64,000 bases of DNA from an uncultured virus (IMG/VR IMGVR_UViG_3300043410_001952) (lineage: Duplodnaviria; Heunggongvirae; Uroviricota; Caudoviricetes), in IMG/VR virus record IMGVR_UViG_3300043410_001952; one strand, written 5' to 3'. Shown here piece by piece: positions 1 to 9,339 of this stretch (positions within the stretch are counted from its first letter, which is position 1; each line of letters opens with the position of its first letter). The notes under the pieces are model-generated. The model made no database searches, was not told where the DNA came from, and was given only the letters and a program-made list of their open reading frames with translations. The translations under genes and the position numbers were made by a program.

Positions 1-198
1 TTTATAGCGGAAAGGAAATACGAGGCACGATACTTTATGTATTACATGATTACCCTGCAATTCAAAAAGATTATGTGGTGTTTTCATTTTGCGTTGACCA
101 ATATATCGAAAAAGCTAATTCGGATAAGCAAGGTAGCATTGGTTATAACTAATTTATAAACGCACGTTTAATACACTTGAATCTTAAAATAAATAAGT

Positions 199-597
199 AT
201 GACTAAAAAAGAACGTCAATTTATTTTTGATAAGTATGATGGTAAATGTGCTTATTGTGGAATCGAACTTTTAAAAGGTTGGCACGTTGACCATTTAGAA
301 CCAATAGTTAGGGATTTTAAATACAATAAGGTTAAATCCAGATTTGAACAAACAGGTAGGTGTCGTAACCCTCAAAACGAAACAATTGAAAATTATAACC
401 CATCATGTGCGAGTTGTAACATTCAAAAAAACTCATTTACCATTGAGCAATTTAGGAACAACATCAAACAATTTGTCAATTCATTAAACCAATATAGCAC
501 CCAATATAAGTTTGCTAAACGGTATAATTTAATCCAAGAAACAAATAACGATGTGGTTTTTTATTTTGAAACAATTGAAAATCAAACAAATGATTAA
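199..597 (+). CDS. HNH endonuclease
   Basis: CAYCG...WHVDHLEP...NYNPSCASCNIQK zinc-finger HNH pattern. Confidence 0.9.
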   Translation: MTKKERQFIFDKYDGKCAYCGIELLKGWHVDHLEPIVRDFKYNKVKSRFEQTGRCRNPQNETIENYNPSCASCNIQKNSFTIEQFRNNIKQFVNSLNQYSTQYKFAKRYNLIQETNNDVVFYFETIENQTND

Positions 598-646
598 ATT
601 TTAACATTTTTTAACAAATAAATGTATTGTTGTATTTCTTTTGTTA

Positions 647-654
647 TACATTTG
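647..654 (+). promoter_or_regulatory. Bacteroidota sigma70 -7 element (TAnnTTTG)
   Basis: TACATTTG in intergenic gap upstream of ORF at 682. Confidence 0.65.
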
Positions 655-681
655 TACAATAAAACATTAAAATAAATAAGT

Positions 682-783
682 ATGAATAGTTTAACACCTT
701 TTGGAAAACGATTAGCCTTAACATTATTCTGGGCTTTTATCTTGGTAGGTCTTTATTTAACAAAAGACATCTATAATTTTTAA
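682..783 (+). CDS. 33-aa membrane peptide (not in ORF track)
   Basis: AAATAAGT-ATG start; MNSLTPFGKRLALTLFWAFILVGLYLTKDIYNF. Confidence 0.6.
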   Translation: MNSLTPFGKRLALTLFWAFILVGLYLTKDIYNF

Positions 784-792
784 CATTTGGTT

Positions 793-1092
793 ATGGATTT
801 CAAAGGAACAAAAGGAAAGTGGTTTAGCTGTTGTTTAGATTCAAAGCCTCATTATTGTTTTGCAAATGATGGAGAAATAACAATTTGCGGATTTTATAAG
901 AAGCAAGATATTGGAAGAGATTTATCAGATGAAGAACTTAGAGCCAACGCCTTACTAATCAGCAAAGCACCCGAAATGTTGGAGATGTTGCAAGAATACA
1001 TTAGTGCTATTTCTGAAATAACCCCACAACAAAAAAAATATTCAGAAAAAGTAAAACAACTAATCAAAGAAGCAACAGAATTAAAATCGTAA
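793..1092 (+). CDS. phage hypothetical protein
   Basis: FKGTKGKW...ANALLISKAPEMLEML pattern common in phages; ATG at 793 preferred over TTG at 787. Confidence 0.7.
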   Translation: MDFKGTKGKWFSCCLDSKPHYCFANDGEITICGFYKKQDIGRDLSDEELRANALLISKAPEMLEMLQEYISAISEITPQQKKYSEKVKQLIKEATELKS

Positions 1093-1111
1093 ATTTTTAA
1101 AAACAAATAGT

Positions 1112-1492
1112 ATGCAAACAAAAACAAACATCGAAGACCACGTTTTGGCAATCCAAACGTACTTCAAAGAAAAAGTCTTGAACCAAGATTTTGAGGTTAC
1201 AAGAGTTAGTGAATATCACATAAACATTAAGTTTGATGGTAAATATGACTTTTCAATTTGGATAGGTCAAATTGCAAAAAATTGTGGTTTTTGGAATGGC
1301 ACTTTTGCTGATAATCTATCATCATTGAACCCAGAGTTTACCGATGATGAAAAAGAAAAGCTACACACAATTTGCTTAAATATTCAAGAATCACATCAAT
1401 CAGACATTGTACAAAAAGAAATTGATGAACTTGAAAAAAAGAAAAAAGACTTAGAGGCAAAAATCGAATCACTTAACTCTAAAAACAAATAA
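1112..1492 (+). CDS. hypothetical protein, C-terminal coiled coil
   Basis: ORF with AAATAGT-ATG start context. Confidence 0.7.
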   Translation: MQTKTNIEDHVLAIQTYFKEKVLNQDFEVTRVSEYHINIKFDGKYDFSIWIGQIAKNCGFWNGTFADNLSSLNPEFTDDEKEKLHTICLNIQESHQSDIVQKEIDELEKKKKDLEAKIESLNSKNK

Positions 1493-1494
1493 TC

Positions 1495-1773
1495 ATGGAC
1501 ACAACAAAACAAGCATTTATCTACACAACAGGTGGCGAGATATTACCAATATTACCTTTGAATGGAGTTGAATTTGGTTTAAAAGAAATGCAAAAAATAG
1601 TTGGGGGCTACATCCAAGTTTTACACCTAAAAGATGGTAGGTTAATGGTTATAAACGAGGAGGGTAAAATGGATAACCTTGACTATAATGAACAAGCATC
1701 TAAATTATACAATAATCAGTATGACTTTATTGTGGGGGATGTTTTAGTAACACCTGCTTGTTTTATAAAATAA
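1495..1773 (+). CDS. DUF3846-like protein
   Basis: LKEMQKIVGGYIQ...VINEEGK...NEQAS...IVGDVLV motif. Confidence 0.75.
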   Translation: MDTTKQAFIYTTGGEILPILPLNGVEFGLKEMQKIVGGYIQVLHLKDGRLMVINEEGKMDNLDYNEQASKLYNNQYDFIVGDVLVTPACFIK

Positions 1774-1826
1774 CCAAAAAAAAATATTTACATTGCAATT
1801 ATAAACCCCATAAAAACCAAAATAGT

Positions 1827-2087
1827 ATGCAAACTAAATTAGGAGTACAAAGAAGAGAATATCACCCAAAAGAGCATGGTGGTATGATTTGCGAAACGGT
1901 TATTTTTACAAATATTCTAAAACATGAATTAAGCACAACTTTTTTAGGAGATTTGGTAGAAGCTTACTGTATTGTTGCAATACAAAATAAATTAGCAGTT
2001 TACCCATCTAAAAAAGTACTGGTATGTAGAGGTAACCACTTTGAACGAGCAACTATTTTGCTTGAAAATTCAATCATGTATAACTAA
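1827..2087 (+). CDS. hypothetical protein
   Basis: AATAGT-ATG at 1827, in frame with the track ORF. Confidence 0.6.
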   Translation: MQTKLGVQRREYHPKEHGGMICETVIFTNILKHELSTTFLGDLVEAYCIVAIQNKLAVYPSKKVLVCRGNHFERATILLENSIMYN

Positions 2088-2102
2088 GAAAATCAAAAAA
2101 AA

Positions 2103-2327
2103 ATGAAAGTTGAAATTTTAATGAATGGAACGACAAAGATTGTTCTATTGCCAGAAAACGAAATTGAAAAAGCTATCCTTGATAGTATGTCTAAGAATGA
2201 TGTTGATGCCATCATGATTAAGCAACAAACCCATATTCTTGACAAAGTAGTTCAAGATGCGTTGGTAATTAGCACCAAAAAAGCAACAAGCGCAGTGGAT
2301 AAAGTTGGAGAGGCTTTACTTGATTAA
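2103..2327 (+). CDS. hypothetical protein
   Basis: packed in operon. Confidence 0.65.
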   Translation: MKVEILMNGTTKIVLLPENEIEKAILDSMSKNDVDAIMIKQQTHILDKVVQDALVISTKKATSAVDKVGEALLD

Positions 2328-2349
2328 AAAACTTTAAAAACAAATAAGG

Positions 2350-2628
2350 ATGAAAAAAATATTTTTAATATTAGGAATGACATCATTTTTAACATCATGT
2401 TATAGAGATGTCAAAACAATTAAAATTCAAGCACCTGAATTTTTAAAACAAAGAGGCTATACAATAGTTTCATACGATGGTTATGAAAGTGACATTATTG
2501 CTGGCGGATTCGTTGCTTATGTTGTAAAAGACAAACAAGGCTTTATTTACCAAATTGAAATCACAGAATGGAAAGGTGAATTTCATATTTATAACAGAAT
2601 ATGCTTAAATGCAGTTTCAACTAATTAA
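2350..2628 (+). CDS. putative lipoprotein
   Basis: MKK + hydrophobic stretch + lipobox-like LTSC. Confidence 0.65.
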   Translation: MKKIFLILGMTSFLTSCYRDVKTIKIQAPEFLKQRGYTIVSYDGYESDIIAGGFVAYVVKDKQGFIYQIEITEWKGEFHIYNRICLNAVSTN

Positions 2629-2640
2629 AAACAAATAAGG

Positions 2641-3057
2641 ATGAATAAAAAATTTTATTACACTGAAGGTTGCGAAAAATTAAGAGATTTTTTTAAGTCA
2701 ATTGAATTTCCTGATTTAGCAGGAGATGTAAAACGTTATGGATATTATTTAGATGGTAAAAAATTTACATATGACGACCTTGATGTTTTAAATGAAATGA
2801 GCAACTATATTTACCTCGAAATAGATGAGTTTATTGAGTACAGTAAAAACGTGTTAAACGTCAAAGAAGTGCAACCAGAACCCAAAACACTTTACGCTAT
2901 AATGGTTGATGGTAAACAAACACCTGCTATGTTGTATGATAGCATTGAAGAAGCGAGAGAACTGGCTAAGAAAATGGCTTTAAAAGAACTTCGCACAACT
3001 TACATCTTACAGTGTATTGAACGTGTTGAAATATTGACAGAAACAATTAAAATGTAA
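2641..3057 (+). CDS. hypothetical protein
   Basis: AAATAAGG-ATG start, operon packing. Confidence 0.7.
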   Translation: MNKKFYYTEGCEKLRDFFKSIEFPDLAGDVKRYGYYLDGKKFTYDDLDVLNEMSNYIYLEIDEFIEYSKNVLNVKEVQPEPKTLYAIMVDGKQTPAMLYDSIEEARELAKKMALKELRTTYILQCIERVEILTETIKM

Positions 3058-3060
3058 GCC

Positions 3061-3639
3061 ATGAAAATCGAAAGTAAATTTAAAAAAGACGATTTGGTGT
3101 TCTTTTTAGAGGATGCAAAGGTTAAAATTGGAGTTGTAACATCATTAAGTTATAAAGAAGATATATTTCATTACGTTGTTAAAACTGGTATATGGTCAAA
3201 TTGGACTTACGAAGAAAAAGATTTGTTTGGCTCAGCAGAAGATTTAGCAAACCACGTTAAAAAGGAAGCCGAACTTTCACTTGTTATTAAAAGCATACAT
3301 ATATATTCTCCTACAAAATTATTCAAAGCGGTTAATAATTACTTAAAAAAGAAACAAGAGCAAAAAAAGCAACCAACATCAGAGTTAACACCTATTGAAA
3401 ATGAAATTGTAGGTAAATTAGATGCTGTTTTTCCTCCAAATGTAAATCCAAATCAAACACGCCTATTAAATATTCTTAAAAGCATGGGAGTTAAGCACAT
3501 CGAAGATTTACAAAACATTACACTACAAGAATTGCGTGAAATGTTTGGTTTTGGTAAAAAGTTGGAAACAATTTTGATGGCTGAATTATACAAAAGAAAT
3601 CTTATGCTAAAAGGCAAAAAGAAAAACAATTTAATCTAA
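3061..3639 (+). CDS. protein with C-terminal RNA polymerase alpha-CTD-like (HhH) domain
   Basis: TRLLNILKSMGVKHIEDLQNITLQELREMFGFGKKLETI resembles RpoA CTD R-x-x-N-x-L...I-x-D-L...E-L...G-K-K. Confidence 0.65.
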   Translation: MKIESKFKKDDLVFFLEDAKVKIGVVTSLSYKEDIFHYVVKTGIWSNWTYEEKDLFGSAEDLANHVKKEAELSLVIKSIHIYSPTKLFKAVNNYLKKKQEQKKQPTSELTPIENEIVGKLDAVFPPNVNPNQTRLLNILKSMGVKHIEDLQNITLQELREMFGFGKKLETILMAELYKRNLMLKGKKKNNLI

Positions 3640-3644
3640 AAAAC

Positions 3645-3839
3645 ATGAAAATCTTAAACATTATTATTCGACTACTTGCCTTTCCTTTCGTGATTGGGCT
3701 TGTTTTGATAAAAGTAAATTGCTCGGCTATTATTGATTGCTTCAGTTTTTTAATGTATGGAGGCGAGTATATTAAGTATGACAGTGAAACAAAGGCAACA
3801 ATGGCTGATATTTACCATGAATTAAAGTCAAAAAAATAG
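3645..3839 (+). CDS. small membrane protein
   Basis: N-terminal hydrophobic helix. Confidence 0.6.
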   Translation: MKILNIIIRLLAFPFVIGLVLIKVNCSAIIDCFSFLMYGGEYIKYDSETKATMADIYHELKSKK

Positions 3840-3851
3840 TATATTTAACCT

Positions 3852-4001
3852 ATGACCGATGTATTGTTACTCATATTTTTCTTTTTCGCTTGTATAGTGA
3901 TGAGTTTTATGTTGTACGTGGTAATATCGGTATTTAGGCTTTACAATTTCAAAAATAAAAAGGATGCAAGACGTAAAAAAGCCGAAATCACCCAAAATTA
4001 A
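3852..4001 (+). CDS. 49-aa membrane protein (not in ORF track)
   Basis: MTDVLLLIFFFFACIVMSFMLYVVISV + basic tail. Confidence 0.45.
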   Translation: MTDVLLLIFFFFACIVMSFMLYVVISVFRLYNFKNKKDARRKKAEITQN

Positions 4002-4173
4002 CGCACAAGAAAAGCGTTTAATCGAATTAAAAGCACAATACAGGATTTTATCGCAAATAGAAGATATTTTGCCTGTAAAATCAAATAGTAGGGTATATTC
4101 TTTTGTTCACAGAAATCTTCACTCTATTTTAAAAGAAATAGCCGAACTAAACACCCCAAAGTATGACAAGTGA
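3964..4173 (+). CDS. hypothetical protein
   Basis: ORF in operon. Confidence 0.55.
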   Translation: MQDVKKPKSPKINAQEKRLIELKAQYRILSQIEDILPVKSNSRVYSFVHRNLHSILKEIAELNTPKYDK

Positions 4174-4402
4174 AAATCAATCTGCAGTAGACTTCTTAAT
4201 CAACCAATGGTTATATCTTGATACCGAGTTCGAAATGGGCTTGATGGATAAAAACACCTATTGGCAAAAACTAAGGAAAATCCAATCTCAAGCCAAAGAA
4301 ATGGAGGAACAACTAAAAAAATGTAAATGTGGTAATCCTATCGTTGGTGGATATTCCTGCAGGAGAACTGATTGTAATCAAACTAAACAACGAAACCTTT
4401 AA
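4163..4402 (+). CDS. small phage protein of the TAVEWL/QAKEME family with C-terminal Cys cluster
   Basis: QSAVDFL...QAKEMEEQ; CKC...C...C. Confidence 0.65.
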   Translation: MTSENQSAVDFLINQWLYLDTEFEMGLMDKNTYWQKLRKIQSQAKEMEEQLKKCKCGNPIVGGYSCRRTDCNQTKQRNL

Positions 4403-4414
4403 ATCAGAAATAGT

Positions 4415-4756
4415 ATGAAAACAGCAATGCAAGAACTAAGAGATGACTTAGTTTTAACTTTAGAAACTGGGAATGAAGCTCTTAATGAAATTAAAGATAA
4501 ATCAATTAGAGAAAGTTGTCAAAAGGTTGTCCAATTAACATTAGAATCAATTATCAAAAGGATTGATGAGGAGCTATTAGAAATGGAGAAAAATCAAATA
4601 GGTTACAGTGAAAAAGTGGTTAGAATAGCGTTTGCACTTGGAATGGATTATTATTGTGAGCCTAACGCTTGGGATAAAGTTTCGCCAGTGCAAAAACTAG
4701 AAAATTTACTGAATAATCCCGAAACATTTATTGAGCAAAGAAAAAACAACCTTTAA
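4415..4756 (+). CDS. small phage protein (MKTAMQEL...LLEMEK family)
   Basis: motifs shared with neighbours. Confidence 0.7.
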   Translation: MKTAMQELRDDLVLTLETGNEALNEIKDKSIRESCQKVVQLTLESIIKRIDEELLEMEKNQIGYSEKVVRIAFALGMDYYCEPNAWDKVSPVQKLENLLNNPETFIEQRKNNL

Positions 4757-4768
4757 ACAACAAGAACA

Positions 4769-5008
4769 ATGAAACAGACAGCAGTAGAGTTTGCATTTGA
4801 AGAATTAAACAATTGGAGGATTAAAAATTTAGGAGAACACGCAATAATTGGAATACCTAACGAAGTAGTTCAAAAAGCCAAAGAAATGGAGAAGGAGCAA
4901 TTAATAGATTTTGCAAGAGAATGTTTAAATAAAGCAAAGGATTTAGATATTCTAACAGCATTTATGAATGTTGAACAATACTACACCAAAATCTTTAAAT
5001 CAGAATAG
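4769..5008 (+). CDS. small phage protein (MKQTAVE...AKEMEKEQ...FKSE family)
   Basis: motifs shared with 4163 and 6391 ORFs. Confidence 0.7.
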   Translation: MKQTAVEFAFEELNNWRIKNLGEHAIIGIPNEVVQKAKEMEKEQLIDFARECLNKAKDLDILTAFMNVEQYYTKIFKSE

Positions 5009-5125
5009 TATGAAAAAATACAATGAACAAGAAGAAGAAGAAGATTTATCAGTAAAATCGTTAATTATTTTTTTTGGGGTAATGATTATAGTACTTCAAA
5101 TTTTTATAGCAATTATCCTTTAAAT
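4991..5125 (+). repeat. ~135-bp direct repeat, copy 1
   Basis: near-identical to 5503-5637 (4 mismatches seen). Confidence 0.95.
5010..5123 (+). CDS. 37-aa acidic membrane peptide, copy 1
   Basis: MKKYNEQEEEEDLSVKSLIIFFGVMIIVLQIFIAIIL. Confidence 0.6.
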   Translation: MKKYNEQEEEEDLSVKSLIIFFGVMIIVLQIFIAIIL

Positions 5126-5133
5126 AAAAAAAC

Positions 5134-5520
5134 ATGAAAGCAAGTGAATTAAGAATTGGGAATTTAGTAAGGAATAATATGAACGGAGAAATCCTTAAAC
5201 CTTGCGATGTTTTATGTTACGGAATAAACACATATAATATTGTAGGGTTAAACTATGGTTTTATTGAACCAATTCCACTAACAGAAGAATGGTTGTTGAA
5301 GTTTGGATTTGAGAAAGTAAATAATGAACTAACAAATATTGCACCATTGAACTTACCTTGTACATTTAACTTGCCAAACACACCATTTAGTTTTTGTCAA
5401 GGCAAACTTATATTAATAACAGGTACTGGTGATTTTTGTGTTAATACAGAATACGTTCACCAATTTCAAAACCTTTATTTTGCACTAACAGGAGAAGAAT
5501 TAATCTTTAAATCAGAATAA
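5134..5520 (+). CDS. conserved Bacteroidota-phage-type hypothetical protein
   Basis: ELRIGNLV...EPIPLTEEWLLKFGF...YVHQFQNLYFALTGEEL. Confidence 0.8.
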   Translation: MKASELRIGNLVRNNMNGEILKPCDVLCYGINTYNIVGLNYGFIEPIPLTEEWLLKFGFEKVNNELTNIAPLNLPCTFNLPNTPFSFCQGKLILITGTGDFCVNTEYVHQFQNLYFALTGEELIFKSE

Positions 5521-5637
5521 CATGAAAAAATACAATGAACAAGAAGAAGAAGAAGATTTATCAGTAAAATCGTTAATTATTTTTTTTGGGGTAATGATTA
5601 TAGTACTTCAAATCTTTATGGCAATTATCCTTTAAAT
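5503..5637 (+). repeat. ~135-bp direct repeat, copy 2
   Basis: near-identical to 4991-5125. Confidence 0.95.
5522..5635 (+). CDS. 37-aa acidic membrane peptide, copy 2
   Basis: same peptide with one I->M change. Confidence 0.6.
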   Translation: MKKYNEQEEEEDLSVKSLIIFFGVMIIVLQIFMAIIL

Positions 5638-5645
5638 TTAAAAAA

Positions 5646-6161
5646 ATGAGAAATATATATTACAATCTTTATCCATCAAAAATGATATATATAATTTCTG
5701 ATGAGGAAATTACGAATGGTGACTGGGTGTTATACAAAAATAAATATGTAAATAGAGTTAAAGAAAAAGACTCTTGTGGATATATTTGTTCAGAAGCTTG
5801 TAAACCACTTTTTCATGAAGTAAAAAAAATTATTCTTACAAATGACCCCGACTTAATCAAAGATGGTGTTCAAGAGATTGATGATAAGTTCTTAGAATGG
5901 TTTACTAATAATCCTGGATGTAAGTTTGTTGAAATTCAAAAAGGATTTGCAGATGGAAGTGCTTATGGTTATAATTTTTTAGATTACAAAATCATCATTC
6001 CACAAGAAGATTTAACTAAAGAAGAAGAAGATACATTTTTTGTTAATCATGTTTGTGGAATACAAGAAAAACCTAAACAAGATAGAACTTGCACTAATAA
6101 TTGTTCTGTTATTTGTGGAGAATGCCAAATATTTAAACCTAACAATAATTTAATTTTATAA
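5646..6161 (+). CDS. phage hypothetical protein
   Basis: KKIILTNDPDLIKDGVQEIDDKFLEWF...YKIIIPQE motif; Cys-rich tail. Confidence 0.7.
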   Translation: MRNIYYNLYPSKMIYIISDEEITNGDWVLYKNKYVNRVKEKDSCGYICSEACKPLFHEVKKIILTNDPDLIKDGVQEIDDKFLEWFTNNPGCKFVEIQKGFADGSAYGYNFLDYKIIIPQEDLTKEEEDTFFVNHVCGIQEKPKQDRTCTNNCSVICGECQIFKPNNNLIL

Positions 6162-6390
6162 AATTTTAACTGAAAGATGAGTAAACAAAAAACTTGGAGC
6201 AAAAGAGCAAAATGCTATGATGCAAAACATACAGAAAATGGAACTGTTTTATACTATGAGTGTCTTATTACAGGTAAAAAAACGGAAATAAGACACTCTG
6301 AAAAACTTACATTATCGTCATATATTGGATATGTCGTGGTTTTGGTGTAGTCTTATTAATTGCAAATAATTATCCTTTAAATAAAAAAAT

Positions 6391-6609
6391 ATGAAAACAG
6401 GAGTAGAATGGTTGATTGAGCAAGTTCGTAATAATTATGGGTGTAACGGAACTTTAATTGAAGATTTAGAAGAACAAGCCAAAGTAATTGAAGAAGCGTG
6501 GTTACGGTTTGCCATTAGATTAGGAGCTGGGAGTTTAAGTCAATGGACACACGAGTTAGAGGAAGCAATATTAAAAGAGTTTAAAAGTAAAAATTTAAAA
6601 AATAAATAA
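6391..6609 (+). CDS. small phage protein (MKTGVEWL...EQAK family)
   Basis: related to 4769..5008. Confidence 0.7.
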   Translation: MKTGVEWLIEQVRNNYGCNGTLIEDLEEQAKVIEEAWLRFAIRLGAGSLSQWTHELEEAILKEFKSKNLKNK

Positions 6610-6639
6610 TTATTAAAAAATAATTCTTATATTTTTTGT

Positions 6640-6813
6640 ATGAAAAAGATATTTAAACATCTAGTTCTTTTACATGTAATGATTGGCGCTGGTCTTATCG
6701 CATTAGTCGAAGGAATAATATCGCTTCTTACTTTGAGTATCATTAGTACTCATGTGGGTTTTAAAATTGGAAAGTGGGCTTCTAAAATTATAATAGAAGA
6801 CACTAACAAATAA
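6640..6813 (+). CDS. 57-aa membrane protein (not in ORF track)
   Basis: MKKIFKHLVLLHVMIGAGLIALVEGIISLLTLSII... Confidence 0.55.
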   Translation: MKKIFKHLVLLHVMIGAGLIALVEGIISLLTLSIISTHVGFKIGKWASKIIIEDTNK

Positions 6814-6846
6814 CGATATGAAAAAGATAACAAAATAAAGGGTTTT

Positions 6847-7212
6847 ATGAGTAAACAAAGTATTATAGTTAAGGAAACGACAACATATAAACTAACCGAG
6901 CAAATGGAAATACACTATGTTTCATTTCCACAAAGAGGAATTGATATGGCATCTATAAGAAATAAAAACATAGAATTTGCTTTTGCTTTTAACCCTAAAA
7001 GTTCATTATTAAAATTTCATCCAATAAAAAACAGAAATACGACACATATACATTATGGTAATGGTATATGTAAAACAGAATGGATTTATCTTGATAAAGA
7101 ATCTAATGATGAAAGTTTTCCAAAAGTTGGATATTTAAAAGATATTAAAATTAGTGTTCGTTTTCCGAAATTTATTAAGGATTTAAACAACGAAAAAATA
7201 CAAGACAATTAA
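6847..7212 (+). CDS. hypothetical protein
   Basis: ORF in operon. Confidence 0.6.
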   Translation: MSKQSIIVKETTTYKLTEQMEIHYVSFPQRGIDMASIRNKNIEFAFAFNPKSSLLKFHPIKNRNTTHIHYGNGICKTEWIYLDKESNDESFPKVGYLKDIKISVRFPKFIKDLNNEKIQDN

Positions 7213-7240
7213 AACTTTTTACAAATTTTAAAATAATAGT

Positions 7241-7747
7241 ATGCAAAAAATAATATTTCTTGATATTGATGGTGTTTTAGCAACGCCAGACTATATAAAA
7301 GCTGGTATGTGGGCATTAAACCCAAAAAAACAAGAGTTACTTGCTAAAATAATTGATGAAACGGATGCTAAAATTGTTCTTTCATCTTCTTGGAGGTGGG
7401 CAACTTTGGAAAAGACAAAGGAACACATGGAAAGTGAAGGTTTTTTGTTTCTTGATAAATTGATTGGTGTTACGATTAGGGCGCACCAATACATTGATAG
7501 GGATTCTAAAATACATCTTTCAATCCCAAGAGGTGTTGAGATAAAACAATGGATTGACACCAATATACACTCTGAAAATGGTAAAAACTGGGATAAGAAA
7601 AAAATTGGTGTTGATTACAATTACGTTATCTTGGATGATGATGATGATATGCTTTTAGAGCAAAAGGATTACTTCATACACACTAATCCTATTACTGGGC
7701 TAACAGAAGAAGACGTACAAAAAGCAATTTTAATTTTAAACCAATAA
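7241..7747 (+). CDS. HAD-superfamily phosphatase (Swiss-army-knife RNA repair-like)
   Basis: IFLDIDGVL, IVLSSSWR, RGVEIKQW, YVILDD motifs. Confidence 0.85.
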   Translation: MQKIIFLDIDGVLATPDYIKAGMWALNPKKQELLAKIIDETDAKIVLSSSWRWATLEKTKEHMESEGFLFLDKLIGVTIRAHQYIDRDSKIHLSIPRGVEIKQWIDTNIHSENGKNWDKKKIGVDYNYVILDDDDDMLLEQKDYFIHTNPITGLTEEDVQKAILILNQ

Positions 7748-7748
7748 A

Positions 7749-8009
7749 ATGAAAGCATTAGGCAAGGATTTAGAGTTTATAAGTTTCGTTAAAAGGGATG
7801 GCAGTGGAACGATTCCTGTTGGAACTAAATGGGATGTTGATATGCCACACCCAAAAACAGATGATGTTAGCTATATGGATGATGATTTATTTACGTTAAA
7901 TATTATTAGCTTAACACATAAAACATACATAGCAAGTGGATTCAATACATGGGTGGTAAAAATTAAAGATAACCCATTAAATACAGCATTTATTAAACAA
8001 ACAAAATGA
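7749..8009 (+). CDS. hypothetical protein
   Basis: operon packing. Confidence 0.6.
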   Translation: MKALGKDLEFISFVKRDGSGTIPVGTKWDVDMPHPKTDDVSYMDDDLFTLNIISLTHKTYIASGFNTWVVKIKDNPLNTAFIKQTK

Positions 8010-8557
8010 AAGCAAAACTGATTAAAACTGAAAAAATGTATGTACTTTCTGCTAATAATGCTGAACTACATAAATTTAAAAGTGCTATTAACACGAGTAA
8101 TTATGGATGGGTGATAGCAGATGAATATGGTGGAGATATTTTAAAACTTTCAGCTAAAAACTGTGATGAGATATTTGGAGTACTTGATGTTGAGAAGTTG
8201 GTTCAAGATTATATGGAACAATTTAAAAATCCAATGTTGAAAAATTACCGAATAGGTGAAGCATTTAATGATGGTTTTCAAAAAGCCCTTGAGTTGATGG
8301 GTGATAAGAAGTTTAGTGAATTTGATGTAAGAAACGCATATCATAAAGGATATTTTTTAGATAAAATAAGTGATACTCGGTTTATTGACAAAGTAAATGA
8401 TTTTATCCAATCACTACAACAAACTGAATGGGAAGTTGAGGTTGAGATGGATGATATTTGGGATGGCATTGATTCAGCAAGAATTTTACCTAAAGAAGAA
8501 ACTTCAATACCAATGTTAGATAAAGATGGATGTTTAATTTTAAAACGTGTAAAATGA
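8006..8557 (+). CDS. phage hypothetical protein
   Basis: LSAKNCDEIFG...FIQSLQQTEWEVEVEM...LDKDGCLILKR. Confidence 0.7.
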   Translation: MKAKLIKTEKMYVLSANNAELHKFKSAINTSNYGWVIADEYGGDILKLSAKNCDEIFGVLDVEKLVQDYMEQFKNPMLKNYRIGEAFNDGFQKALELMGDKKFSEFDVRNAYHKGYFLDKISDTRFIDKVNDFIQSLQQTEWEVEVEMDDIWDGIDSARILPKEETSIPMLDKDGCLILKRVK

Positions 8558-8934
8558 AAAATTTATTACTTACAATGGCATTTGCGTTATGCCTAATTAC
8601 AATTAACGCACAAAAACTTGAAACATTCCACAATGTAACAGCTCATTGGAATACAACTTACAAAACATGGGATTTTGATGATGGAAGAGATGCCAACATC
8701 ACATTTGAGCTGGTTGGTGATTATTTAATTGCCACTGATGATGCCCATTCGAAATACCTTTTGGTTGAAGTAAAAGAAGACGATGATGATAGTTTTTTTG
8801 AAGCAGAAGCAATTGATGAAAGAGGTATTTATTGTACGATTATGATAAGCAACAACACAAATGGAGTTGATAAAATTGCGATTATGTATGGTGGGAGCAA
8901 TAGTGTACTATACGAATATTGGTTTTTCTTTTAA
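8554..8934 (+). CDS. exported protein
   Basis: Sec-type signal MKNLLLTMAFALCLITINA-Q; ATGA overlap with upstream stop. Confidence 0.65.
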   Translation: MKNLLLTMAFALCLITINAQKLETFHNVTAHWNTTYKTWDFDDGRDANITFELVGDYLIATDDAHSKYLLVEVKEDDDDSFFEAEAIDERGIYCTIMISNNTNGVDKIAIMYGGSNSVLYEYWFFF

Positions 8935-8946
8935 AAATAAGCGACT

Positions 8947-9315
8947 ATGGACATGACACTAAAACTAATTGATGGCAAGTTTTTTCGAAATGGCGAAGAA
9001 GTAAAAGCTGAATTTGGCAATCGTGAACAAATTGCACTACTTGAAAAAATGAATAGGCTAAAGGATGAAAAAACGGTTATTGGTAAAATTTCATCAACCG
9101 AAGTAACAACATACCAACCCATTGTTAAATTCATTTGCCCATTTTGTCAATGTGAAAACACAGTTGATGATTTTGATACTGTTGAAGATACTGAACCAGA
9201 TTGCTCTGATGTTGATGATTGCTATATAGATTGCATTAAATGTGGTGCAGAGTTTGAAACAATCAAGGACAAAGATTTAAAACGAAACGAAATAAAAATT
9301 GTAACTAAAAAATAG
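8947..9315 (+). CDS. zinc-ribbon protein
   Basis: CPFC...CIKC. Confidence 0.65.
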   Translation: MDMTLKLIDGKFFRNGEEVKAEFGNREQIALLEKMNRLKDEKTVIGKISSTEVTTYQPIVKFICPFCQCENTVDDFDTVEDTEPDCSDVDDCYIDCIKCGAEFETIKDKDLKRNEIKIVTKK

Positions 9316-9339
9316 TAAAAACTATAATTAAAAAAAATT

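Noticed and set aside
4991..5637. Repeat pair as a DGR template/variable repeat
   Set aside because: Mismatches are few and not adenine-specific; no reverse transcriptase in the window
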